Under the pieces are notes generated by a model, which worked only from the letters and a program-made list of their open reading frames with translations, made no database searches and was not told the origin of the DNA. 64,000 nucleotides of DNA from a virus. Lineage: Duplodnaviria; Caudoviricetes. The stretch spans positions 1,646 to 65,645 of IMG/VR virus record IMGVR_UViG_3300021256_002823; one strand, given 5' to 3'. This document shows positions 39,136-47,806 of the stretch, piece by piece; within the stretch, counting starts at the first letter, position 1; every line of letters starts with the position of its first letter. The translations under genes and the position numbers were made by a program.

Positions 39136-41424
39136 TCAAGAGAGGAAATCCTGTCCGTCTTTCAGCTTCAGTCCAATAACCAGAATCCCTTTATTCGTTT
39201 TGGTTTTGGCAAAACCCGCCTTAGCCATCGCGCCGTAAAAATCTGTCGTGCTGCGGATATACTCGCCGGACATCGTGCAGTAAGCACGGTATGCCTGATA
39301 GAGTTCTCCGGACTTCTCTTTAAAGCCCTGTCCGATATCACAGCACTCATCCAGGAACTGCCCCAGCCAGTCGTTATCTTCACGGTAGGCCTCAACGGCA
39401 TCTTTCACGATCTGCGGCTCCTCAATACGGAAGTCCTCCGCGATCGCCTTCATGGCGCCTTCGATAATCCAGCTCATGACATACGGCCCGGCCTTAGCAA
39501 ACAGGTAGTCCGCATAGTTCTTGATGTCGGACTTGCCAGTGATCTTCGCGTTGAAAGGAATGACCACAAGCCTTCTCCAGATACCGTCGTCGTTGGCGCC
39601 AACCTTTGGCAGGTGATTGGTATAAAGGACCAGAGTATGACTCGGCACAAATGCGAACGGGTCCTTATACTTTTTCTCTGCCTGGATCTCGTCCGTTGAG
39701 CAGAGCTGCTTAACCGTAGCGGTATTCAAGCGCATGCCCTCTTCCATCTCGGATGCGATGATGAGACGCTTGCCTTTGAGTTCCGCCATCTCAGGTTTCA
39801 CGTTCCGCTTGCAGTTCATGGTCAGTGCTTCCGCTGAGATCTTCCCGGCGTAGTTGCCCATGACGCGGTAGATCGTGTTCCAGAAGGTTGACTTGCCATT
39901 GGCGCCTCCGCCATAGGCTATGATCATGTGTTCCTGATAGACCTTACCGACCGCTGCCACACCGACCGTCTTCTGAACGTACTCGATCAGGTCACGGTCA
40001 CCGCAGAAGAACAGATTCAATGCGTCCTCCCAGAGTTCACGCCCGTCCTGGCCAGGCGACTTCTCAGTGATCTTGGTAATCAGGTCACGCGGATCGTGCG
40101 GCTGTTCTCCGGCCAGGCCTTTCGACATATCGAACGTTGCATAAGGCGTATTGATGAGGAACGGGTCCTTGTCCAGCTCGCTCACGTTGATGGAGAGCAT
40201 CGGCTTGGCTGCATTCTGGAAGTTGATCAGGTTCCGATAGTTCCTGCATTTCATGACAAACTTCAGATATGTCTGGGCTCCGATCAGACGAAACAGCAGC
40301 TTCATCAACTTGTCACTGTCGCACGCCTTCTCCAGTGCCTTGCCACCATCACGGAGCGTATCCTTATCAACGCCGGCATCCATCAGAGCCTGCATTGCCG
40401 AGTCAACTGCATCCTTGGCATCTTGCAACTGCAGATCCAGGAACTCTTCTGCCGCGCCGACCGCCATCTGCTTATCTTCACGCCAACAGTCCCCGTCAAA
40501 ACGGAGGTAGTCCGTGGCGCTTGTGTACTTGAGCTCTTCGCCATACTCCCTTGCCAGGATCTTTGCCTCTCCGATATCGGAGTAATCTTCAGGCTTCAGT
40601 GAAGCGGACCCGAATTCTTCGTTGTACTGTTCCGGCGGCACATAACCATCCTGGGTGGCGACCTTCTTATTAAAGAAACGGACTGCGCTGTTCCAGATGG
40701 TGTCGAGCTCCGCCATTTCGAGCGGCGGATCGCACTTCTTGGAATGCTCCAGATAGACTTCCTTTGCCTTCTCGGTATCGCCGTAGCGCTTCAGGACCTT
40801 ACCAGCAAACAGGCTCATAGTCTTGTTGCGGCTGCCCTCCAGGATGATCCCAGAGCTTGATGCCGTATCGGCCGGATCAGCTTCGTAGTCACCCTCTTCC
40901 AGAAGGTCATCGATGTTGAGCCAGCCTTCGTGCCAATAGACCTCTTCTGGCTTTACGTCTGTCCCAAACAGAAACCTCGCTGCATCCAGAGCATTGTCGT
41001 CGAAGAACGTGAACTTCTTCTGGACGGCCTTCTTCATGTCACCGTACCGGTCCGGGTCCGTAAACTCGCTGACCTCCGCCAGCAGGTGGAACCTTGGCCG
41101 CGGCGACTTGCTTTCCTTCCAGTCATTGTTATGACGGCTCGGTGTCGTTGCGAACGAGATATCTGAGAGAACACCTTCTCCCAGGCTCTCCGGCGTGATC
41201 CAGTCTTCCGGATTATCTGAGTGATCGTTGTCACAGTCCCAGACCCCGAGCGCGGATCTGATGAAGTTGTCCTTGCTGCGGTAGTTGTTCTTATAAGTAG
41301 CGCAGACATGATCCCTTGCCACCGCAGCCGCAAGTCCGGCAGGATCAGAGACGGTGACCTTATTCGGGTAGCTGCAGTTGGCGGCATCGCCGGTGCAGTT
41401 CGCCGTAAAAAGTTCAAATTGCAT
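39136..41424 (-). CDS. P4-family primase-helicase
   Basis: DCDND and RFHL primase motifs; GGGANGKST Walker A; IIASE. Confidence 0.92.
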   Translation of the reverse strand: MQFELFTANCTGDAANCSYPNKVTVSDPAGLAAAVARDHVCATYKNNYRSKDNFIRSALGVWDCDNDHSDNPEDWITPESLGEGVLSDISFATTPSRHNNDWKESKSPRPRFHLLAEVSEFTDPDRYGDMKKAVQKKFTFFDDNALDAARFLFGTDVKPEEVYWHEGWLNIDDLLEEGDYEADPADTASSSGIILEGSRNKTMSLFAGKVLKRYGDTEKAKEVYLEHSKKCDPPLEMAELDTIWNSAVRFFNKKVATQDGYVPPEQYNEEFGSASLKPEDYSDIGEAKILAREYGEELKYTSATDYLRFDGDCWREDKQMAVGAAEEFLDLQLQDAKDAVDSAMQALMDAGVDKDTLRDGGKALEKACDSDKLMKLLFRLIGAQTYLKFVMKCRNYRNLINFQNAAKPMLSINVSELDKDPFLINTPYATFDMSKGLAGEQPHDPRDLITKITEKSPGQDGRELWEDALNLFFCGDRDLIEYVQKTVGVAAVGKVYQEHMIIAYGGGANGKSTFWNTIYRVMGNYAGKISAEALTMNCKRNVKPEMAELKGKRLIIASEMEEGMRLNTATVKQLCSTDEIQAEKKYKDPFAFVPSHTLVLYTNHLPKVGANDDGIWRRLVVIPFNAKITGKSDIKNYADYLFAKAGPYVMSWIIEGAMKAIAEDFRIEEPQIVKDAVEAYREDNDWLGQFLDECCDIGQGFKEKSGELYQAYRAYCTMSGEYIRSTTDFYGAMAKAGFAKTKTNKGILVIGLKLKDGQDFLS

Positions 41425-41774
41425 TACACGTCCTCCTCCTTAAAATTCTCGGTAAAGTACCGGATCTTCATGCCCAGGTGTCTTGCCTGGTCGATCTCTG
41501 CCTGCATGCCACTCGTGATGTTCTGACCGAACACCCAGAGCTGATCGCAACGGCGGAGGAATACAAGATCCATGTAAAGCGCCTGCCCGCGTTCGCTGTC
41601 TTCCTTCATATACATAGGAAGAAGCAGATGCGGTGCGAACGGGATCGCTCCCGCGTCCACCGCAAACCTTGAGTAACGCTTCGCATTTTCCGTGCCGGCT
41701 ACCCGATCACCGGAGAATGGCGAACAGATGTAAACGACCGGTCGGTCCCTGTTGGTAAATTCCATTCTTCTCAC
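41424..41774 (-). CDS. DUF4406-like protein (nucleoside deoxyribosyltransferase-like fold)
   Basis: VYICSPFSG...APHL...CDQLWVFG...SGMQAEI. Confidence 0.75.
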   Translation of the reverse strand: MRRMEFTNRDRPVVYICSPFSGDRVAGTENAKRYSRFAVDAGAIPFAPHLLLPMYMKEDSERGQALYMDLVFLRRCDQLWVFGQNITSGMQAEIDQARHLGMKIRYFTENFKEEDV

Positions 41775-41806
41775 CTCGCTTCTTAGAAATGTCGAAGGAC
41801 AATTCC

Positions 41807-41845
41807 TTCTAATTTGCTAAGGGTCTTTTTCTTCCGGTTTTCCGG
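41807..41845 (-). promoter_or_regulatory. Bipartite motif copy 2
   Basis: CCGGAAAA-CCGGAAGAAAAAGAC-CCTTAGCAAATTAG upstream of the primase operon. Confidence 0.7.
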
Positions 41846-41929
41846 CCCAACAGCAAAAAAAATCATCCGAGCCAGAATCGCTTCCTTTTTATAAGCAGAT
41901 TCGGACCCGGATTTTTTTTTGCCCGTTGG

Positions 41930-41966
41930 CCGGAAAAAGCTACGGCAGCCGTCCTTAGCAAGTTAG
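41930..41966 (+). promoter_or_regulatory. Bipartite motif copy 3
   Basis: CCGGAAAA-AGCTACGGCAGCCGT-CCTTAGCAAGTTAG. Confidence 0.7.
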
Positions 41967-42017
41967 GAACAGCGGAAGCAGCTCCGGAAAAGAAATCCTC
42001 AAAAAGTTTCACGGAAC

Positions 42018-42054
42018 CCGGAAAACGCTCCCGCATAACCCCTTAGGAAGTTAG
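42018..42054 (+). promoter_or_regulatory. Bipartite motif copy 4
   Basis: CCGGAAAA-CGCTCCCGCATAACC-CCTTAGGAAGTTAG upstream of the DUF2800/polymerase operon. Confidence 0.7.
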
Positions 42055-42091
42055 AAAGGCACAGAGCTCTTTCGGAAAGCGAGGTCAAAAG

Positions 42092-42247
42092 ATGAATGCA
42101 GCCACAAGAGACGTAGCCAGCCTGGCGGACAGGACGGATGAGGAGCTGATCGACACTCTGATCGCCATCAGCGTCGTAGCCAAGCGGCTGGCAGACAACC
42201 TAAGACAACAGATTCAGACAAAGAAGGAGAAAGAAAATCATGAATGA
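42092..42247 (+). CDS. Small hypothetical protein, 51 aa, absent from the ORF track
   Basis: GAGG RBS; MNAATRDV...LIAISVVAKRLA; overlaps the next start. Confidence 0.65.
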   Translation: MNAATRDVASLADRTDEELIDTLIAISVVAKRLADNLRQQIQTKKEKENHE

Positions 42248-42623
42248 GAAGAAAGACGCATCCCAGGTGTTTGACGAGATCATCACCAGCGGAGAAGGAA
42301 TCATTAAGTCCGGCAAGAACATCCTGTCCTGCCTGGAGATCCTGTTCAAAGCAGTAAAAGACCTGAAGGCCATCTTCACGGAGCCGACCGCACCGGCTCT
42401 CCCGGAAAAGTCCCAGCCAGCAGCCCTTCCTGATAAGACCGCCGAAGCCAAGACCTACACCTTTGAAGATGTCCGCGGCATCATGGCTGGTCTCTCCGGC
42501 CAGGGCAAGAAGGCAGAGGCCAGAGCCCTTCTTCAGAAGTATGGAGTCAGCCGCTTGAGCGACCTCGATGAGAAGGACTACGCTGCCGTAGCGGAGGAAG
42601 CGAAGGTGATCGCCAATGGCTAA
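42240..42623 (+). CDS. Conserved phage hypothetical protein
   Basis: C-terminal YTFEDVRGIM...ALLQKYGVSRLSDL; coupled to the next gene. Confidence 0.75.
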   Translation: MNEKKDASQVFDEIITSGEGIIKSGKNILSCLEILFKAVKDLKAIFTEPTAPALPEKSQPAALPDKTAEAKTYTFEDVRGIMAGLSGQGKKAEARALLQKYGVSRLSDLDEKDYAAVAEEAKVIANG

Positions 42624-43755
42624 GCACGCGTTCCTCTCAGCTTCCGCTTCACACCGGTGGCTGAACTGCCCGCCTTCCGCGAAGCTCTGTGAGAGCGTTC
42701 CGGACCAGAGCAGTCCCTACGCCCAGGAAGGCACCGACTGTCACGAGCTGTGTGCGTACCTGGTAGAGAAGGCCCTGGGCCACGACGTCCGTGATCCCAC
42801 CGAGGACCTGAGCTACTACAACGCGGAGATGCAGAACTGCGCCGAGGAATATTGCGAATACGTCCTCCAGCAGCTCGAAGCCGCCAAGCAGTACTGCCCG
42901 GACCCGAGGGTCTTCATTGAGCAGAGGCTGGACTTCTCCCGATGGGTAGAAAACGGATACGGAACCGGCGACTGCGTGATTCTGGCAGACCAGGTCCTAC
43001 AGATCATCGATTACAAACACGGTCTCGGTGTCCTGGTGGAAGCGGAAAACAACAGTCAGATGATGTGCTACGCGCTTGGAGCCTTGGAAGCCTTCGGTGA
43101 TCTCTACGACATCGACCAGGTGACCATGACGATCTTCCAGCCGCGCCGCGACAACATCTCCACCTGGAGTATCAGTAAGGACGAGCTCCTGAACTGGGCA
43201 GACACGGTACTCGCTCCCACAGCCAAGCTGGCCTACGAGGGTAAAGGCGAATTCAAAGCTGGCGACCACTGCCAGTTCTGCAAGGTCAAGGCGACCTGCC
43301 GTAAACGGGCTGAGTACAACCTGGAGCTTGCACAGTACGACTTCGTTATGCCGGATACCCTGGATGAGCTCGAGATCGCATCGATCCTGGGCAAGGTAGA
43401 TCAGCTGATCGCCTGGGGCAACGACATCAAGGATTACGCTCTGACGAAAGCACAGTCCGGCACCCACTTCGAAGGTTGGAAAGTTGTTGAAGGCAGGTCC
43501 AATCGTAAATACACCGACGAGGCTGCAGTAGCCACAGCCGTCAAAGAAGCCGGCTACGATCCTTACGAGCAGAAGCTCCTCGGCATCACTGCCATGAGCA
43601 CCCTTCTCGGCAAGAAGCAGTTCGAAGAGCTCCTGGGTGGGCTCGTATACAAACCGCCCGGAAAACCAGCACTTGTTCCGGAATCTGATAAGAGACCGGC
43701 AGTGAATACAGCAGCAGACGATTTTAAAGACAATGGAGGAAAAGAAAATGTCTAA
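42616..43755 (+). CDS. DUF2800 Cas4-like PD-(D/E)XK nuclease
   Basis: HAFLSASASHRWLNCPPS, GTGDC, IIDYKHG, CQFCKVKATC. Confidence 0.88.
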   Translation: MAKHAFLSASASHRWLNCPPSAKLCESVPDQSSPYAQEGTDCHELCAYLVEKALGHDVRDPTEDLSYYNAEMQNCAEEYCEYVLQQLEAAKQYCPDPRVFIEQRLDFSRWVENGYGTGDCVILADQVLQIIDYKHGLGVLVEAENNSQMMCYALGALEAFGDLYDIDQVTMTIFQPRRDNISTWSISKDELLNWADTVLAPTAKLAYEGKGEFKAGDHCQFCKVKATCRKRAEYNLELAQYDFVMPDTLDELEIASILGKVDQLIAWGNDIKDYALTKAQSGTHFEGWKVVEGRSNRKYTDEAAVATAVKEAGYDPYEQKLLGITAMSTLLGKKQFEELLGGLVYKPPGKPALVPESDKRPAVNTAADDFKDNGGKENV

Positions 43756-44311
43756 TAAGATTCAGAACCCGACTAAAGTCATCACAGGAGTCAACACCCG
43801 CTGGAGCTATGCAAATGTATGGGACGCTAAGTCCATCAACGGCGGAGCGCCAAAGTACAGTGTCAGCCTCATTATTCCGAAGAGCGACACTGTCACTCTG
43901 AAGAAGATCCAGGCCGCTATTCAGGCAGCCTACGAGGAAGGCGAATCCAAGCTCAAGGGAAACGGCAAGATCGTGCCGCCTCTCGATACCATCAAGACCC
44001 CTCTCCGCGACGGTGACAAAGAGCGTCCTGGAGATCCGGCTTACGCGAACAGCTACTTCATCAATGCCAACAGCGGCACCGCTCCCGGCATCGTGGATGC
44101 AGACCGCAACCCGATCCTGGAGAGGTCCGAAGTTTACAGCGGCGTCTACGGCCGTGCTTCGATCAACCTGTACGCCTTCAACTCGAACGGCAACCGCGGC
44201 ATCGCGTGCGGACTGAACAACCTTCAGAAGATCCGTGATGGCGAGCCTCTTGGCGGTAAGTCCAGGGCTGAGGATGACTTCGCCGATGACGACGACGATT
44301 TCCTGAGCTAA
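43748..44311 (+). CDS. DUF2815 single-stranded DNA-binding protein
   Basis: PKYSVSLII, PLRDGD, YSGVYGRAS, GLNNLQK; acidic tail. Confidence 0.88.
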   Translation: MSNKIQNPTKVITGVNTRWSYANVWDAKSINGGAPKYSVSLIIPKSDTVTLKKIQAAIQAAYEEGESKLKGNGKIVPPLDTIKTPLRDGDKERPGDPAYANSYFINANSGTAPGIVDADRNPILERSEVYSGVYGRASINLYAFNSNGNRGIACGLNNLQKIRDGEPLGGKSRAEDDFADDDDDFLS

Positions 44312-44323
44312 GGGAGGTGCTCT

Positions 44324-44500
44324 ATGCAGGACGTATATCAGCAGGTCATCGTAACCTGCACGACAATCAACGTGATAATTTGCCTGGGAACCCTGTTCAG
44401 TTGGATCGGGATCAAGGTGAGTGATCACAGGGAGAAAAAGCGCAGAGAGCGCGAGGAAAAAGAGCGTGCCGAGAAAGCCGCCGCAGAGAGTAACGAATAA
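44324..44500 (+). CDS. Small membrane-anchored hypothetical protein, 58 aa
   Basis: GGAGG RBS; hydrophobic segment followed by a charged tail. Confidence 0.65.
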   Translation: MQDVYQQVIVTCTTINVIICLGTLFSWIGIKVSDHREKKRREREEKERAEKAAAESNE

Positions 44501-44511
44501 TCAGCAAGCCG

Positions 44512-44546
44512 GATACGGGCGGAGTCATCCTCCGTCCGTATCTTTG
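44512..44546 (+). terminator. Hairpin before the polymerase gene
   Basis: GATACGGGCGGAG / CTCCGTCCGTATC 13-bp stem then TTTG. Confidence 0.55.
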
Positions 44547-44556
44547 ATTAAGGACG

Positions 44557-46584
44557 GTGACAAAGATGGATAAGATACATACGCTATCGCTGGACCTCGA
44601 AACCTTCAGTGACGTGGATCTGGCCAAGGCAGGCGTTTACAAATATGCCGAATCAGAGAACTTCGAAATCCTTCTGCTGGGCGTGTCCATAAATGACGGC
44701 CCGGTCAAGGTATACGACCTCGCTTCCGGTGACACGGTCCCGGACGAGCTGGTCGCAGCGATCGCAAGTGACGACGTGATAAAGTGGAGCTTCAACGCCT
44801 CCTTTGAGAGGATCTGTCTATCCGCCTGGTTACTTCGGCACTACCCGCACTACCTCGATAACACAGACAACGGTTTCACGCCCTGTCGCTACAGTATTCC
44901 TGAGGATACAGTCGGCAACTACCTGAATCCGGTATCCTGGCGCTGTAGCATGGTGCTTTCCGCATACAACGGTCTGCCGCAGTCCCTTGAGCAGGTCGGT
45001 GCGGTCCTTGGCTTTGATCAGCAGAAGCTCAAAGAAGGAAAGGACTTGATCCGCTACTTCTGCGTTCCCTGCAAGCCCACGAAAGTGAACGGCGGTCGGA
45101 TCCGCAACCTCCCGGAACATGCGCCGGACAAGTGGGCGCTCTTCATCAAATACAACCAACGCGATGTTGAGGTCGAGATGCAGATCCACAAGCGGCTGGA
45201 CAAGTATCCGGTCCCGGATCTCGTCTGGGACGAATACCACATCTCTGAGGAGATCAATGACCGCGGTATCATGATCGATCGTCAGCTCGTCGACAACGCG
45301 ATCCATATCAGCGAGATCACACAGGACCAGCTGTCGGAAACTATGAAGGATAAGACAGGCTTGGAAAATCCTAATTCCGTCACCCAGCTGAAAGGCTGGC
45401 TTTCAGACAATGATGTCGAGATGGATTCTCTGGGAAAGAAGGAAGTGGCAAAGATGCTTCCAGACGCACCGGATCATGTGGCAGAAGTCCTGCGGTTGCG
45501 TCAGCAGTCTTCAAAGAGCTCAATTAAGAAGTATGTCGCTATGGATACTGCTGCCTGTGATGATGGCCGCTGCCGCGGCATGTTCAGATTTTACGGTGCC
45601 AATCGCACAGGCCGTTTTGCCGGCCGTATCGTACAGTTGCAAAACCTCTATAGGAACTCCATGCCCGACCTGGCCGAAGCCCGCGAGCTTGTCCGTCAGG
45701 GCGACTACGAAACCCTGAATATGCTTTACGATAATATCCCGGACGTGCTCAGCCAGCTAATCCGGACGAGCTTCATTCCGAAGCCAGGATATAAATATGT
45801 GGTATCAGACTTCAGTGCCATTGAGGCACGCGTGCTGTCCTTCCTGGCCGGCGAGCAGTGGCGTATGGATGTCTTCGCCAACAACGGTGACATCTACTGT
45901 GAAAGCGCATCGCACATGTTCGGTGTGCCGGTCGTGAAGCACGGTATCAACGGTGAGCTCCGGCAAAAAGGAAAAATCAGCGAATTAGCGCTCGGCTACG
46001 GCGGCAGCGTCGGTGCCCTGAAAGCGATGGGCGCCATTGACATGGGCCTCTCCGAAGAGGAGCTTCCCGGCCTGGTAGAATCATGGCGGAACTCGAATCC
46101 ACACATCACTCAGTACTGGTGGGATATCGACAACGCTGCCAAAACAACAATAAAGACGCGTACCACCACAAAGGTCGGTCTGGTAACGTTTCGCTGGAAA
46201 AGCGGTATGCTCTTTGCAGAGCTCCCATCCGGTAGACATTTGTCTTATGTGAAACCCAGGATCGGAGAGAATCAGTTCGGTGGTGAAAGCATCACGTATA
46301 TGGGTAACGACAGTACCAAGCACTGGTCACGGATCGAAAGTTACGGTCCGAAAATCGTAGAAAATCTGGTCCAGGCCATCAGCCGCGATATCCTTTGCTA
46401 TAGCATGCGGACCCTGTCCCACTGCTTTATCGTCGGGCACGTGCATGATGAATTGATCATTGAGTGCCGGCCGGACGTGGACTACCACGTAATCTGCGAG
46501 CAGATGGGGAGGACCCCTCCGTGGATCTCCGGGCTGCTTCTCAGAGCCGACGGATATGAATGTCAGTTTTATCAGAAAGATTGA
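44557..46584 (+). CDS. Phage family A DNA polymerase
   Basis: LDLETFS exonuclease motif, DFSAIEAR, RQKGKISELALGYG, HVHDE. Confidence 0.93.
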   Translation: MTKMDKIHTLSLDLETFSDVDLAKAGVYKYAESENFEILLLGVSINDGPVKVYDLASGDTVPDELVAAIASDDVIKWSFNASFERICLSAWLLRHYPHYLDNTDNGFTPCRYSIPEDTVGNYLNPVSWRCSMVLSAYNGLPQSLEQVGAVLGFDQQKLKEGKDLIRYFCVPCKPTKVNGGRIRNLPEHAPDKWALFIKYNQRDVEVEMQIHKRLDKYPVPDLVWDEYHISEEINDRGIMIDRQLVDNAIHISEITQDQLSETMKDKTGLENPNSVTQLKGWLSDNDVEMDSLGKKEVAKMLPDAPDHVAEVLRLRQQSSKSSIKKYVAMDTAACDDGRCRGMFRFYGANRTGRFAGRIVQLQNLYRNSMPDLAEARELVRQGDYETLNMLYDNIPDVLSQLIRTSFIPKPGYKYVVSDFSAIEARVLSFLAGEQWRMDVFANNGDIYCESASHMFGVPVVKHGINGELRQKGKISELALGYGGSVGALKAMGAIDMGLSEEELPGLVESWRNSNPHITQYWWDIDNAAKTTIKTRTTTKVGLVTFRWKSGMLFAELPSGRHLSYVKPRIGENQFGGESITYMGNDSTKHWSRIESYGPKIVENLVQAISRDILCYSMRTLSHCFIVGHVHDELIIECRPDVDYHVICEQMGRTPPWISGLLLRADGYECQFYQKD

Positions 46585-46588
46585 ACGC

Positions 46589-46642
46589 AAAAGCGGCACG
46601 GTCGCTCTCACATGAGAGTTTCCGTGCCGCCCCTTTTTTTTA
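46589..46642. terminator. Terminator between convergent genes
   Basis: GCGGCACGG/CCGTGCCGC outer stem, CTCTCA/TGAGAG inner stem, T-run on the plus strand, A-run before. Confidence 0.8.
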
Positions 46643-46655
46643 CTATTTCTTCAGC

Positions 46656-47255
46656 TTAGCAATCTCTGTACCAGATCTCTTTTGCGATGGTCTGGACCTT
46701 CTTGATGTAAGCATACGCCTGGGTTTTTTCTCTGCCCAAGTCAACCTGATCAAGAACCTCACCCTTCGTGTTACCTTCTGCCAGCAGGCTGATGATCCTA
46801 CCGTAAGTCGGGTCCTGCTTGTTCAGCTCTTTGATCAAATCTTCGAGCGCCATCTCGAGGAACATCTTGTCCTCGTTCTCAGTGGTGCCGGTCGGATCAT
46901 AACCCTTGCGGTCATCATCCTCCGCTGCCTCGAGCATATCTTCGATCGACTCGAAGTCATCCCATTCCGTCTTCTGATACCGCTTCAGGTACCGGGTCGT
47001 CTGTGCTTTGAAATAGGCCATTGACGATTCCATCTCATCTGCCTTGATCGGGATGAATGCGACGGGAACGGTCCTGCCGTGCTTATAGTGCCAGGTCTCG
47101 ATGTTGTTCCAGTCCAGGCCGAGTGTCTTCAGGTACGGTTTGAAATCGTCGTCGACGACCACCGGTGCCAGGACCTCGCCCTTGCGAAGAGGAACATTAT
47201 TGAACGGGTGACGGTTGCTAAAATCGCTGTAAAACTTATTCTTATTCTCTGCCAT
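46656..47255 (-). CDS. Hypothetical regulator with a sigma region 4-like C-terminus
   Basis: LEDLIKELNKQDPTYGRIISLLAEG...EVLDQV pattern; weak assignment. Confidence 0.45.
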   Translation of the reverse strand: MAENKNKFYSDFSNRHPFNNVPLRKGEVLAPVVVDDDFKPYLKTLGLDWNNIETWHYKHGRTVPVAFIPIKADEMESSMAYFKAQTTRYLKRYQKTEWDDFESIEDMLEAAEDDDRKGYDPTGTTENEDKMFLEMALEDLIKELNKQDPTYGRIISLLAEGNTKGEVLDQVDLGREKTQAYAYIKKVQTIAKEIWYRDC

Positions 47256-47440
47256 GTCGGCTTGCCTCCGTAGATTTCCGCGGAGGAGCCTTTCAGGCAG
47301 CTCTTGCTCAGATTTGTACTGACCATCGAAACATCCTCCGTCTCGTTGGCCAGCCGCTCATCAATCTGGCTATTCACTCTTACGTTGCTCACTGAGGCCC
47401 GATGAACGGTACCGGACGTCTCCGGTGGGCCCTCAGTGAT
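47256..47440 (-). ncRNA. Candidate structured 5' leader with a sequestered RBS
   Basis: Stems 47389-47439 (inner 47411-47426), 47349-47370 and 47265-47286; the last pairs the GGAGG SD. Confidence 0.4.
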
Positions 47441-47650
47441 AGGCGTAAAAGTCGATATTCAAATAAACGCAAATAGTCCGCTCAGCTTCCTTCACGAGCG
47501 GCCAACTCGATCCGGTGCCGGCAGATTCTGATCAGCAGGGAACCCCTGCTCGGTGTTCTAAGATGAATCGAAATACATATGATTTCCTCCCTGGATTTAC
47601 CCTGATTGACTGTTTCTATGCGTATTAAACCGCAGGGAGGACCTCGGATA

Positions 47651-47777
47651 TCGGAACTAAAAGTTCTGATTTTTGGCATGAAAAAAGGCCCTGCAGCCGC
47701 GTCTTGTTTGACGCTGACCACAGGGCCTTCGAAATGCTTTATTTTTCGTCGTTTTCGACCAGAACTAATAGTTCCGA
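47651..47777. promoter_or_regulatory. Two inverted palindromic operator-like sites TCGGAACTA(A/T)(A/T)AGTTCTG
   Basis: 47651-47669 and 47759-47777, flanking a hairpin. Confidence 0.65.
47681..47729 (-). terminator. Intrinsic terminator ending the defence operon
   Basis: AAGGCCCTG...CAGGGCCTT long stem then TTTT. Confidence 0.7.
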
Positions 47778-47806
47778 TTTTCCGATAAATTTTTTTCAAA
47801 TTCTTT

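Noticed and set aside
42616-43755. Cas4-like nuclease as a CRISPR component
   Set aside because: Sits in the standard DUF2800-DUF2815-polymerase phage module; no array nearby
47256-47440. Hammerhead, twister or pistol ribozyme
   Set aside because: Catalytic core sequences not found in the right arrangement by eye
47651-47777. Firmicutes LexA boxes
   Set aside because: Spacing is GAAC-N5-GTTC rather than N4; the site at 63540-63551 is the reverse arrangement GTTC-N4-GAAC
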